Part shown: in pieces, positions 40,301 to 52,481 of the stretch
How the letters are laid out: each line of letters starts with the position of its first letter
Position numbering within the stretch: position 1 is the first letter of the stretch
Origin: Azolla caroliniana
Lineage: Eukaryota > Plantae > Polypodiophyta
DNA length: 64,000 bases
Assembly (NCBI GenBank): GCA_043228905.1
Contig: JBHGNT010000009.1
Coordinates: 21,576,001 to 21,640,000, forward strand
Direction of reading: 5' to 3'
Notes under the pieces: generated by a model
Database searches by the model: none
Told to the model about the DNA's origin: nothing
What the model saw: only the letters and a program-made list of their open reading frames with translations
Position numbers and translations under genes: made by a program

Positions 40301-42505
40301 AGTCGCTTTTTAGATGAAAGACAATAACTTTCTGTCTAAAAAGCTACAACTACAAATTTAGAGGTCTTGGTGTGTTAAGATAATCCAAATCATACTCTAA
40401 ATGATAAAACATTGGTGGAATCGCAAGTTTAAATGTTCTATAAGTGATTAGCACTCGATTTATCTAAACTTATCTCCCATCAAGTAAGTTATTTATCTAG
40501 ATGTTGTAATGTGATTAGCACTCAGTTGTAGATGTGATTATAATAAGCCTAAGTAAAACATTGATCACATTGAAACCTTCTAGACTAACATATGTACAAA
40601 CTTTATGAAAATGCCTAACCAAAAATATAGCAATTACAAAGTTGAGAAATGAACTCAATGTCAACAAGTTATTAAGGAGGTTAATTAATAACAATAGTCT
40701 AGATCATGATGACCAAGTAGAAACCAAGAGAGACGACGGTATTAATGTCACATAGAGGAATGTTAGGTTTCCATTGCTCAAGGCTTGAAGACACGATCTT
40801 AATGTTGCAAAGCATGTGCAACATTACTACACACAGAATTTTAATAAGGTGACCTTTATATAAAAAATGTCTAACATATGATGAGATTGTACTTCTAATT
40901 GTTTGTTCTAGCTATTAGCTGAATTGCTCCCATATTCTTCTCTACTTCAAATTCTTGGCAATCTCATAATAATCTCCATACACTCAATCAATTGCTTCCA
41001 TGCATCACTACTACAACTTGCACTAAGCATTCTCACCAATAAAACCTTATATTAGCAATTAATCTCCCTATATCACATTTGCCTTTCATTATGGTTTTTA
41101 TCCCTGAGTAGAATGCTTCAGAATAGTAATAATCAAGAGATGTACACTTCATTTGATTTTATCTAGATGAAGAGAATGTTAATGATCCTTTTTGTCCCCT
41201 TACTATAATATACTAAGGTAAGACGGTGTAAAAACTATTCAAAATGCTCTACTAGAATGATTCTTTTATCTTATGGGTGGATCTTGATGCAAATACAAGA
41301 ATATAATGAAGCTATTGACAAACATCCGTGCCTCAAATCTTTAATAGCACTACAAGCAAGATATTTCTACTAACTAAAAACAATTAGCTTAGTGAATACC
41401 GTGTATTTTGGTATCACCTTATTTGTCAAGATTATCCAAAATTATGCAGTCATATCAGCAAGGGCAAATCTGTGACCACTATTAATATTAAGCTAACTAT
41501 GACCCTAAATCTTGAGGCAAAATAGCTCTTACAAGATGAAACTGACTCGAGGATCAGAACACATAACACGCAACAAAAATAAACTAGCAGTAAGGAGATT
41601 AGACATTTTGTATAAGGACCTTCAGATAGAAAACAAATGCTAATAAGTTCTTAACTCTTTTCTGGGAGTAGTTTCACATAGAACAAAGGAAGCACATATC
41701 AGAGCTTCACTGGGAAACAAGTTTCATGTTTACATTGTGTAAGTACCACTTGCTTACCTTCCCATTTCAGAATAGAAATCCCATGCTAACATTGGGAATC
41801 CAACAATTTTCTCCTACCTCTAGAAACACAATGGCACATGTCCCTTAATTTTGTTTTAAAGATTGTATACCATATCTCATGGGTTCCCTGCTATCACTAA
41901 ATTTATAATCAAGATGAAGATTGAGGATACCTTCTTTGATTCAACGAGCGACAATTAACGCGCGCGAATCGTCGAGTGGTGAGAGCTGAGTGACGAATGA
42001 TGGGCGACGAGTGACGAGCAGCAATTTCTGAGTGATGAGAGGCCACCGACAATCAACGAGGGAGAAGCAACGAGCTGTGGGCAGTGAGCAGTGAGCAGTG
42101 AATGAACAATGAATAACAAGCAGTTGTTAACGAACAACTAGGAAGTAGGAAGGAGGAACGACAACGAGCAATGAGGAGGGAGCAGTGAGCAACGAGGAGG
42201 GAGCAACGAGCAAGGAGGGAGTAGCAAGAAATTAGACGACGATAGAGAGGGAGAAAAACAAAAAGAGGGGGGAAAGTAAAACAAAAAAAGGGGGAAAACA
42301 TGAAAAATATATATAAAAACTTTTTTTTACCTTTATTTTTTACATAAACTATATAAATAGCTGGTTCAAAAAATATGAATCGGCTAGATTCCGGTTGGTA
42401 GGAAAACTTGGCTGGAATCAATTCCGGTTGTCCCCCACCTTCGCCGGCAAAAGTCCCAACCCAACCGGAACGCTAACACTGTTCCTGGGACTTTGCCCAA
42501 CACTG
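37367..42505 (-). mobile_element. Full-length hAT DNA transposon (5139 bp)
   Basis: 16-bp TIR CA(A/G)TGTTGGGCAAAGT. Perfect 8-bp TSD GTCTAGGC at 37359-37366 and 42506-42513. Confidence 0.95.
37700..39932 (-). pseudogene. hAT transposase (ZNF862-like) with one frameshift in an A11 run at 39512-39522
   Basis: N-terminal zinc finger WCSYC...EEHARSVAH, GLMVDEATD, GSDGAS, HCCAH, TRWLS and the dimerisation motif STAACERGFS. Confidence 0.88.
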
Positions 42506-42973
42506 GTCTAGGCTACTACTAGGCTTCCGGTTTGCACTCGAATCCGGCTCTCCGATTTCTCTCCCCGATCCGGCTCTGGCTTATTCAGTCGATCCGGATC
42601 CGGTTGAGCTTGCTTGCTCAACACTCCCCCTCAAGCTACTGGTTTTCTTCTTGACACAAGGTGTTGAGAGCTACCACCAAATTCTCCCTGTTGTCCGACA
42701 ATGTACACTGTAGAAGAATGGCCTGCAAAACATCATCAAGGGGACACTTGGTTGCTGCAAGTTGGTTCACATACCCCATGAATGTGCTTACATGCTCAAC
42801 TATGCTCTCTCTGTCCCTGTATTTTAACCTCACAATCTTTCTCATCAAAGATGTTTTGTTGAGGGCATTCTTCCTCTCATACAGACTTGACAACTTTTGC
42901 CACATCTCGTAGGCATTTGTGTCATTAGCCACATGCTGTAGGACACTCACATCGACACACTGTCTAATGGGGG

Positions 42974-43273
42974 TGTTGAGCGGCAAGCTCAATTGGAGCC
43001 GGATCGGCTGAATAAGCCTGAACCAGTGAGCCGACGAGCACCCGATGAGCAAAAGAGCCGGTGAGTTGGGGAGCCAGTTAGCCGGATCCATCAGTAACCG
43101 GAAGCCTAGTAGTAGCTAGACTACTAGGGAGTTATTACTCTCGTAGTTAGTGTCAGACGCTCGAGTGAGCATTGAAGTACACCGTACTTCTGTCAGTCCG
43201 TATGGATTTGTATAAAAGTGTTCGTTGAACACATACTATGTACAGAGTGTTGACATAATTTTTAAAGTGTGAT
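42974..43273 (+). mobile_element. Truncated Copia LTR (element B family)
   Basis: Highly similar to 45947-46263. Similarity stops at 43273. Confidence 0.88.
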
Positions 43274-45427
43274 AAAAGTCTTCGGCCAACTCGTCCTGTA
43301 TGGCGGTGAAGTCCTCGAAAGTCAACGTGTAACAATCATCTCCTTCCTTCCGCCGGTTTGCCACGTCTGCCCGTAGCAATTGGAGTTCCGCCGCATTTTT
43401 TGCCCACTTTGTCCACCATCTTACGGAGCTTTCGTCAATCAAGCGTTTTGTCTGATTCAGCCATGCCCGGAGGATGCACTGAATCTGGCCCGTTCCCAAT
43501 TGCGATTTGATCTCCGCTGCTTGCCATTCCTCCTTCAATTGCTTGATGATTTTGACGTTGTCTTCCGCCTGCTCCTTGTAATGCGTCAATTGCCTTTGAT
43601 ATGTGCTTTGTAATTTTTGCAATACCGTTGACGCTCTCTCCTTTTCTTCCTGTTGCTGCCTCTGGAGCTCCATCCGGACCTTCTCCGCCTCATCCAACTG
43701 TCTTGTATTTTCCGCTCGTTCATCGGCAAGCGCCGTCGCCGCCTGATCAACTTCCTGTTGGAGCTCGGCCACCCGTTCCTTATGCTCTGTTTCCAGCCGT
43801 TTGTAGTCCCGGTGCAGGTGCTCAAAATCATCTGTCTTTTGTTTGAGTCGTGCGTTGATTTGTCGACAGGCCCGGTCCTCGCGGTCCTTCTGCTGACGGA
43901 GCTCTTCCTTTAGCCGTTCAATTTCCGTTTCCGCCGTCTTCCGCAGCTTGGCCTTTTCCTACAACACTTTGTCTTTTTCCTCCCTTAGCCGGTCGTACGC
44001 TTGATGGCCTTTCCGGAGGCTCTCCTCTGCCCGACGGAGGTTCTTAGTAGTCTTCTTTAATTCTGCTTCGGCCGCTGTCTTCAATTCCCGTTCCCGGCTC
44101 CTTAGCGCTTCTTGTGCGGCAAGTTAATTACTGTGAAAACCGTGCGTAGGGGTTCCCGGATCGCATTTAGGAATATAGTCCGTAATTCCTCCTCCGGGGG
44201 TGCGCGGGCAAGCTGACTATGCATCCGTTGAAACCGGATGACAAACTAGGGAATGCTCTCCCCTGCCTCCTGTCGGATGGTATAAAATAAGCCCACCATT
44301 ACTGTCTGGTCCACCTCCTTTTGGAAAAAAGGCAAGAATTTAGCTTTTAAATCTGCGAAGGTGGTGATGGTAGACAGGTCCTGCGTTTGGCGCCATCTCG
44401 CTGCCGGTCCCTCCAATGTGACGCCAAATTCTGCTATCTTAGAGCGTTCCTCTTCTTCCGGGGTCAATCGCTGGGACACATGGTTTGCTTCCCATGTCTG
44501 TTCAAAGGCGTGAACATGAGCTTCCGCGTCCGGATCATCTCTATACTTGGAGTACTCGAACGACATGTCGTCATCCGGTATCAGTGCACGGGCTGGCGGT
44601 GTTGGTGGTCGTTCCTGGTTTTTCTCCGGCGTCGGTGGTCTTTCCTCTTCTTTTGGTGACAGAGGCCTCTCCTCCTCGACTTCCGGTATCGGAGGTCGCT
44701 CTTCCTCTGTTGGTTCCGAAGGTTCCAGCCTTAGCACTTCCGGTTCTGGTGTCGGTACGGTGTCCAATCCTTCGTCCTCCGGTCCGCCCAGGGTTTCGTT
44801 GCTGCTACGGTAGTTCGTGTGCACGTTGTATTCCCCTTCGGAATCTGATTCATACGCTAAAAAGGCTTCTCCTTCGCCTTCTCCGCTTGCCAACGCTTGG
44901 AGAAGCGATTCGGTTTCCCGGAGGCTGCTTAGGCTGCTGCCGTCGTCCGTGTGCGTTGATCTAGTCATCCATTCGTGCCGTCGTTGGCTGCAAAAACAGG
45001 GATCGTGGTCGCCAAAAACTGTGTTAACTCTTAGGGCCGGACAATGGCCTAACACAGGGTGTCTACGGAAGACACTTCACCAAAGGGGTGTTACGGCAAG
45101 AGGATTATGCTTCAACGATTAATCCGCCTTAATTAGGTTACTTAGCAAGATCGTCCTTAATGATCACACGCGTAAGATATAACAATGAATGTAGAACGAC
45201 AATTAACACAGAGAGATAAAACATTAAGCTTTATTAATTAACCGCTCCTCATTACATTGTATCCGGGCCTTTAAATAGGTTTCCGGTCTGTAGTACAAAA
45301 CGGTGCCATCCGCACCTGTTCAGGATCGGTCCGGATCCGGAACGGCATACCGATTCCGGTCCGTCCGTCCACACTCATAGCTTACTTACAACCATTCCTA
45401 ATAATTAATTAACTCCTCCGTTTCACA
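43274..45427 (-). mobile_element. Pol-less non-chromovirus-like Gypsy fragment: 5' LTR 45020-45427, PBS, gag, coiled-coil ORF
   Basis: TGTGAAA...AACACA LTR. PBS TGGCGACCAC at 45005-45014 (tRNA-Arg-like, from recall). Gag KIAEFGVTLEGPAARW..TFADLKAKF. E/Q/K-rich ORF at ~43274-44090. Confidence 0.75.
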
Positions 45428-46314
45428 CTCTGGACTCCTTTGCCGATTGGTAACATTCAGCTATAGATACACACCGGAGCAAAATGGTGTGGCCGAAAGG
45501 AAGAACCGGTCGCTTGTCGACGCGGCAAGGGCAATGCTGGAAGAGAGGAGCATGCCCCATTTCTACTAGGCGGAGGTGGTCCAAACGGCCTCTACATCCA
45601 AAACCGGATCGATGACAAGGTGTCCGCGCATGAGCTGTATTTCGGGCGCAAGCCGAATTTGAGACACCTTCGGATTTTCGGCAGCATAGCATATGTGCAT
45701 GTGCTGGATGAGAAGCGGAGGAAGCTGGATGCAAAATCGGAGAAGTGCATCCTCGTCGGCTACTTACATGAGCAAAAGGGGTATAAATGTTATAACCCCC
45801 AGACGAAGCAAGTCCGAGTTAGCTGCGATGTTGAGTTTGATGAGACAACATCATGGTATGCCTTACCAGCTCGCTTTACCTACTCGCCTTATTACATTTG
45901 ACTAATTTATATTTTTGGCCCATGGACAATAGAGCTTGAGGGGGAGTGTTGAGCGGCAAGCTCAATTGGAGCCAGATCGGCTGAATAAGCCTGAGCCGGT
46001 GAGCGAGACGGATCGGTGAGCCGGCGAGCACCCGGTGAGCAAAAGAGCCGATGAGTTGGGGAGCCGGTTAGCCGGATCCATCAGTAACCAGAAGCATAGT
46101 AGCAGCTAGACTACTAGGGAGTTATTACTCTCGTAGTTAGTGTCAGACGCTCGAGTGAGCATTGAAGTACACCGTACTTCTGTCAGTCTGTATGGACTTG
46201 TATAAAAGTGTTCGTTGAACACATACTATGTACATAGTGTTGACATAATTTTTAATGTGTGATTCTTGTTTTGCTCTCTCTCTCTCTCTCCCCAGGAGGG
46301 ACATATTCCTAACA
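45428..46314 (+). mobile_element. Non-autonomous Copia element B, 3' part: integrase C-terminus, PPT, 3' LTR 45947-46314
   Basis: YTPEQNGVAERKNR, LRIFGSIAYVH, KLDAKSEKCILVGY. GAGGGGGAG|TGTTGA...CTAACA. No RT or RNase H. Confidence 0.88.
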
Positions 46315-46316
46315 TC

Positions 46317-49300
46317 TGTCGAGAATCATGGGTAGGAGATAGAGTGAGAGTGAGAGCAATAGCGAAAGAGAGAGGGTGTGTGTGTACGTGAGAGAGAGAG
46401 TGTGTGAGAGAGATAAGACTTGGAATAGAAATGAGATTATATTATGATGAAACAAGATTACAATGAGTAGGCTAAGGGCTAAAGACTGGTGTTGAACCGA
46501 ATGAGTTGAAATGAATGTATGGACACTTATTTATAGATCCTTATGGAGTATTCTAGAATGTTCTAGAATATTTTAGATTTTTATGATAAGAAATATAATC
46601 ATGAAATATTAAAGGATGTTCTAGAATATTCTAATATCTCGTGATAACTAAAAATATAATTATTATAATCACACAACATATATGTTATTACAATGGTTAA
46701 GGGTTCAACAACACATAGACCAAGAAGTCGTGGGTTTGATTCTTGATAAGCCAAAATGTTGTCTTCATGACATTATCCCCCTTTTTTATGACGAGTTCCA
46801 CAAGTCGGAAGACAAGAGTTTCAACTTGGTTTATGGGGATATTTTTCATGAAATGCAACAACCATGTTGGAGGCATTAGCAAGATGCTCGGCAGGCTCCC
46901 CTATTCGATCATTAGGTGTATAACCTAACCAATCAACCAAATAATATAGTTTGTTGCGAATGATTTTGGAGTCGAGAATGGCAACAACCTCATATTTAGA
47001 GCCATTGGAAACTTCGATTGAAGGTGGGAGAGGTGTAAGACGACCCGGAATAGAGCATGTTTTGTAGGGCTCCAAAAGTGAAACATGGAAGATTGGGTGA
47101 AGACGCATATGAGGAGGGTGATCAAGATGAAATGTCACATCACTGATCTTACTAGAGATCACATATAGGCTGAAAAGTTGATAATCCAATTTGTAGCAAG
47201 TTCGGGTGGTTTTAATGCTACCTTGTAAGAGCCATACACGATCTCCTACTTGAAACGTAGTCGATGAATTACGCCGATGACGATCAACAATCTTCTTTTG
47301 AGTGTTTTGGGCATCACATAAATGATGCAAAAGTATATCCTGATTCCTGAACTTCTTGGAGTCGAGTGATTTGATCTTCAGCAGCCGGGTTTTTCGGGAG
47401 TTCGGGATGTTCAAGCATCGTCCAACAAGGATGGTACCCAATGTTACCAAAAAATGGGGAATATCCAGTAGAAGAATGTTCAGAGTTGTTGTAAGCAAAT
47501 TCCGCCAAATGTAATAAATCCACCCAATCATCTTGTTGATAGTTGACAAAACAATGTAGATATTGTTCGACTGTTTGGTTGGTGCGCTCACTCTGCACAT
47601 TAGTCTCTGGATGGTAGCCGGAAGAGAGTTTACAAGAAGTATGTAAGAGTTTGAACATGTGTTACCAAAATTTCAAGATGAATTGGGGACCCCGATCACT
47701 GATAATATCATCCGGAAGACTGATGGTGAAACACTTCCCGCATGAGTAAATTGGTTGTCTCTTTACAAGTAATGGTCTTCGTGCATGGAAGGAAACGCGC
47801 CATCTTCGTAAAATGATCGACTACCGTGAGAATAGAATCAAATCCCTTGGAAGGTGGAAGATCCGTAATAAACCAAGGAAATAGATTTCCATGGGCTCTC
47901 AGGAATAGGCATTGGTTGTAATAGGCCATATGGATGATGTCGAGACTTTTTTGGTTGGCAACATGTATCACAACTACGAACATAATCCGTAACAAAATGG
48001 CAAAGCCGTGGCCACCAATATCGGCGAGAAATCAACTCAAAACTCTTGTGGATGCCGAAATGTCCAACCATTGGCGTGTCATGACATTGTTGCACGACTT
48101 TGAGTCGAGAAGGACTGCTAGGCAGATACAAGAGAGTTTGTCAAAAAAGTAAACCATCATGCCAACTGAACTGGGTGTAGTCTAGACGAGGATTTTGAGA
48201 TTGGGAGCCAGAAGCACGATCTGGGATAATATGACTCAAAACCTCTTGGGTGAATGCATTGGTCGCAATCTGCTCCCAAATGGAATCAAGAAGCCTTGAA
48301 TCTCCCGGTGTGTTGATAGTATGTATTGCCATTACTCATAGACGATCAGGACCTAAGAGGATTTGCTTTTGACTTTCAAATGCGACCTCTCCTGGTTGAA
48401 GTTCCATATACGAACGTCGAGATAAACCATCTACTTTTCCTTGTTGCATCCCAGGGCGATATAGAATTACAAAATCAAAACGAGTTAAGAACTACACCCA
48501 ATGAGCTTGTCGACGATGCAAGACTCGAGCACTTTGGAAGTATGTTAAATTTTTGTGATCATTGTAGACAATAATATGTTGAGAAGAACCCTCCAAAAAA
48601 TGACGCCATTGTTGAAAAGAATCCACAATGGCAAGAAGCTCTTTGTCGTGAATGTCATAGTTCATTTCTACGGCTTCACATTTTCGTGAGTGAATAGCCA
48701 TTGCGCCATCTTCGCCAATCTAGGATAGTACGCTTCCGAGTGCGAAATCAGATGCATTAGCTTCAAGTATAAAGTGCCTCATTGGATCGACATGCATTAA
48801 AATTGGTGCAGATGTAAACGCTTGCTTTAAACCCTCAAATGCAAAGTTCGCATCTATACCCCATACAAATGGTTGATTCTTGCGCGTTAGTTGAGTGAGG
48901 GGCAATACAATCTTTGAATAATCTTTGATGAACTTGCGATAAAAGTTTGCGAACCCCAAAAAACATTGTACATCTCGCACAGACTGTGGTGTTTGCCAAT
49001 CCAAAATTGTTTGAACCTTTGATGGATCCATATAGATGCCATTTGAAGAGACTATGTACCCCAAAAATTCCACTTGACATTGGTCGAAACTAAACTTCTC
49101 CAATTTTGCATAGAGACCATACTCTCGTAACCGTTGCAAAACTTGGCAAACGTGTATCTCATGCTCCTCTTGAGTTTTTGAGTAGATCAAGATATCATCC
49201 AGGTAAACTATGATGAAGATATCGAGGAAGTCTCGAAAAATGTCATTCGCCATATGTTGGAAAACTGTTGGTGCATTTGTGAGACCAAATGGCATCACTG

Positions 49301-52032
49301 TATACTCAAAATGACCATAGCGAGTGCGGAACGCGGTCTTCCATTCATCCCCAGGACGAATTCGAACAAGGTTGTAGGCATTCTAGAAGGCTTGAGATCA
49401 ATGGTAGAGCATATCGGTTTCTAATAGTCCCTTTATTCAAGCCCCGATAATTCACGACCTTACGAAGCGTACCATCTTTCTTCTTAACGAAAAAGATGGG
49501 TGCACTAGCAAGAGATCTTGAATGTTGGATAAAACCATTTGCTAGGTTCTCATCAATATATTCTCGAAGAACCTCTAACTTCGTGGGTGAAAGGTTATAA
49601 ATTGGCCCCCATGGAAGCTCTTTTCTTGGCTGCAAATCAATCGGGCAATCATATGGTCAATGCTCTGGTAATCTATTAGCCTTCACCTTATCGAACACAT
49701 CGGAGAATTCTATGTACTTCTTTGGTAATTGGACCCCCAATTCTTGTGAGCTAGATTAGGGAGTTGCTAAAACCGCAAACACCATCATGTCTTCCTTCCT
49801 TCCATCATCTCGTAACTGATGTATAGAGATTGTTGAAATCGTGTGGGATCCTAGATCCTTTGTTGGAGTTTCAAGAGACTCGGATTGTATTGTGACCTCT
49901 TCAATAGTTCTTTTTCTCCAATCAATAGTTGGGTTATGTAACTCAAACCAAGGAATACCAAGAACTAGAGAGTGCTCTGGACTACTAATGATGTTGAATG
50001 AGATGATACTAGCCAAATTACCTAGGACTACACGAATTGGTTCAGACTCTTCGACTATATCACCTGATGCTATAGGGAGATCATCGATGAATCCTACAAC
50101 TACTGGGTTCGGGAGCTTGTTCAAGATGATGTTTTGGGTCAATGCAAACTCGCGATCCATGAAACAAGAATTGGCTCCAGAATCTAGGAGGGCAGAGGGT
50201 AGGACTCGATGACCTGTAGATGTGTTAAGCTCGACTTGTGCAGAAAAAACTCTACTAACTTGATTTGATGAAATGGAACTACAACTAGGTACTGACTCTA
50301 CATATCTAGGATGGTCCAACCAAATGGCTCCTATTTTGGCCGAACATATTCGTTTAACACATCCTCTAATTGGCTCAAGACATCAAATCTATTCTCATGG
50401 CATGGGTTATTAGGCTTAGTAATTAAGTTATTAGAAGTGATAGTGGAACTCGAGGTAAGGTTGTCATGTGCACTTACTTGGTAAACTTGACGTCTAGGTT
50501 TATGTGGACAATTCACAGCAATATGTCCTGCCCGGACCACCACAATAAAGGCATAGGCGATGCGCCCAACGTCGTTGTTTCTCAACATCTGATAAAGGCC
50601 CTCGACGTTGTGTTGACTCTATTTCCATCGGAGTGGGACCATCCCTCGTAACGGGTTTGGGAACTTGTGGCGGTGTTGCGACTATTGAAGCATACGTTTG
50701 TTCTGGTTGGCGGCGTAGCATTTGTTGACGTTCAAAACGTCGCTCAAATAAGCGATTATCACATCACACAACTCGACTAATGGCCTCTGTAAGAGACTTT
50801 GGATCTTCGTGGAAAGTAAGAAGAAGATCTTTGACATCGTTACGCAAACCCTGACGGAATTGATCCATTAAGGTTGCCTCATCCCAAGGGATGTCACATG
50901 CAAAGAGACGGAAATCTGTTGCGTAGGCTGAAGCGGGACAATCTCCTTGTCGGAGTCTTCGAATCTTGTTTATTGTCATTCTAGTGCTATCGGTGTCTCC
51001 AAAACTAGCTTGAAACTCTTTAACGAATGCCTCGAAATCCTCCAACAATGGTGATTTCTTCTCTAGAAGTGGTGCAAACCATGCTAATGTTGTACGTAAC
51101 CGCTTAACAAGGTTCCTATTAATCCCACACGAGCAGCATTAGTTGGGTACCGATTGGGATGTAACTGAATCACCAAACGGACTTGATTCAGGAAACCTGG
51201 AAACAAAGATTGGGTACCATCAAACTTGGCAGGGAGGCTAATCTTTGGTTCCCTTGGGGAGTTTTGAACCCCCACCGCTTGTTCTCGTAACGTTAATATA
51301 GTAGCCTTAAGTTGATGAACCCATTGTGATAACTCCTCATATTGATGAGCTTTCTCGGTACTCACTTGTTGTAAATCCCCAAGTAGTCTATGATTTTCTT
51401 GCTCTAATGCCACAAACTTAGTCGTGAGCATGTCGAGCTCAGAAAGGACATGCATATACTCTTGCTTGCTGACGGATTCCATAACTGAGGGGGGAAAAGA
51501 AAGAAGGGAAATGAAGAAAGCTGGCTAGGGTTATTGGAAAATGAAACAGAAATTTTCGGTTCAAACTGTCGAGACTCATGGGTAGGAGATAGAGTGAGAG
51601 CTAGAGCGATAGCAAAAGAGAGAGGGTGTGTGTGTATGCGTGAGAGAGAGAGAGAGTGTGAGAGATAAGACTTGGAATAGAAATGAGATTATATTATGAT
51701 GAAACAATATTACAATGAGTAGGCTAAGGGCTAAAGATTGGTGTTGAACCGAATGAGTTGAAATGAATGTATGGACACTTATTTATAGATCCTTATGGAG
51801 TATTCTAGAATGTTCTAGAATATTTTAGATTTTTATGATAACAAATATAATCATGAAATATTAAAGGATGTTCTAGAATAATCTAGAATGTTCTAGAATA
51901 TTCTAATATCTCGTAATAACTAAAAATATAATTATTATACTCACACAATATATATGTTATTACAATGGTTAAGGGTTCAACACATAGACCAAGAAGTCGT
52001 GGGTTCAATGCCAAAATGTTGTCTTCATGACA
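46317..52032 (-). mobile_element. Full-length, decayed chromovirus Gypsy copy 2 (Tcn1/Tf1-like): 5' LTR 51567-52032, gag, PR, RT, RH, IN, chromodomain, 3' LTR 46317-46772
   Basis: TG..CA LTR pair. TSD ACATC at 46312-46316 and 52033-52037. CLYCG zinc knuckle, LLDSGA, YLDD, DKELLAI, chromodomain. Many stops and frameshifts. Confidence 0.96.
51780..51903 (-). promoter_or_regulatory. LTR promoter: TATAAATA plus heat-shock-element arrays
   Basis: TATA at 51780-51787 (minus). TTCtaGAAtgTTCtaGAA at 51803-51820 and a longer array at 51871-51903. Confidence 0.6.
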
Positions 52033-52037
52033 ACATC

Positions 52038-52170
52038 CTCTCCCTTTCTTGAGCCAGTAAGCATCCACATGAGATGGAACTATCGTGTCCCTACAAGGAT
52101 TTGTATATAACAGTCTTAAATGTAAAATTTTATAACTAATGGAAGGAGTTTTGTTTTTGACAAAAACTAA
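52038..52170 (+). mobile_element. LINE 3'-end fragment
   Basis: Similar to 32203-32330 (SPFLE..HMRWNYRVP). A-rich end. Confidence 0.6.
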
Positions 52171-52481
52171 AATTTGAATTAGGTGCTAGTAGCTATTGCA
52201 ATGTTGTTGCATTAGGACCCTCTACAAAAGTATTACACTATACTGAAATGTGGTGATTTAACTCCAACACAACCTTCTACTCATGTGGCCAACATTATCC
52301 ATCTCATAACCATATGTCTATACACATAAGGACCCTTTATAATGTTTACGATAGGATCCTACCATTATCTAGTTATAATATTAGCTTCTCCCAATGGGAA
52401 CCTTGCACCATTGAAGTGTAGCTCATATTATTGTGAATCGTGATATTACCTTCACGGAATGTTAGTGCGTGCACAATATTT

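Larger units (their letters stand above)
37064..42973 (-). mobile_element. Non-autonomous Copia element A: gag fragment 42636-42968, PPT 42624-42632, 3' LTR 37064-42623 split by the hAT
   Basis: UBN2-type gag IRQCVDVSVLQHV..AYEMWQKL. GAGGGGGAG then TGTTGA...TCACA LTR, whose halves rejoin across the hAT TSD. Confidence 0.85.

Noticed and set aside
42974-46314. One intact Copia element with paired LTRs
   Set aside because: No TSD, the left LTR is truncated, and the two flanks belong to different host elements.
50305-50335. H-type pseudoknot (loop TAGGA pairing with downstream TCCTA)
   Set aside because: A 2-nt linker cannot span the 11-bp stem. Only the hairpin is claimed.
52038-52170. 3' end of the same LINE copy as 33316-35114
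   Set aside because: The orientation fits but no matching TSD was found. Unresolved.
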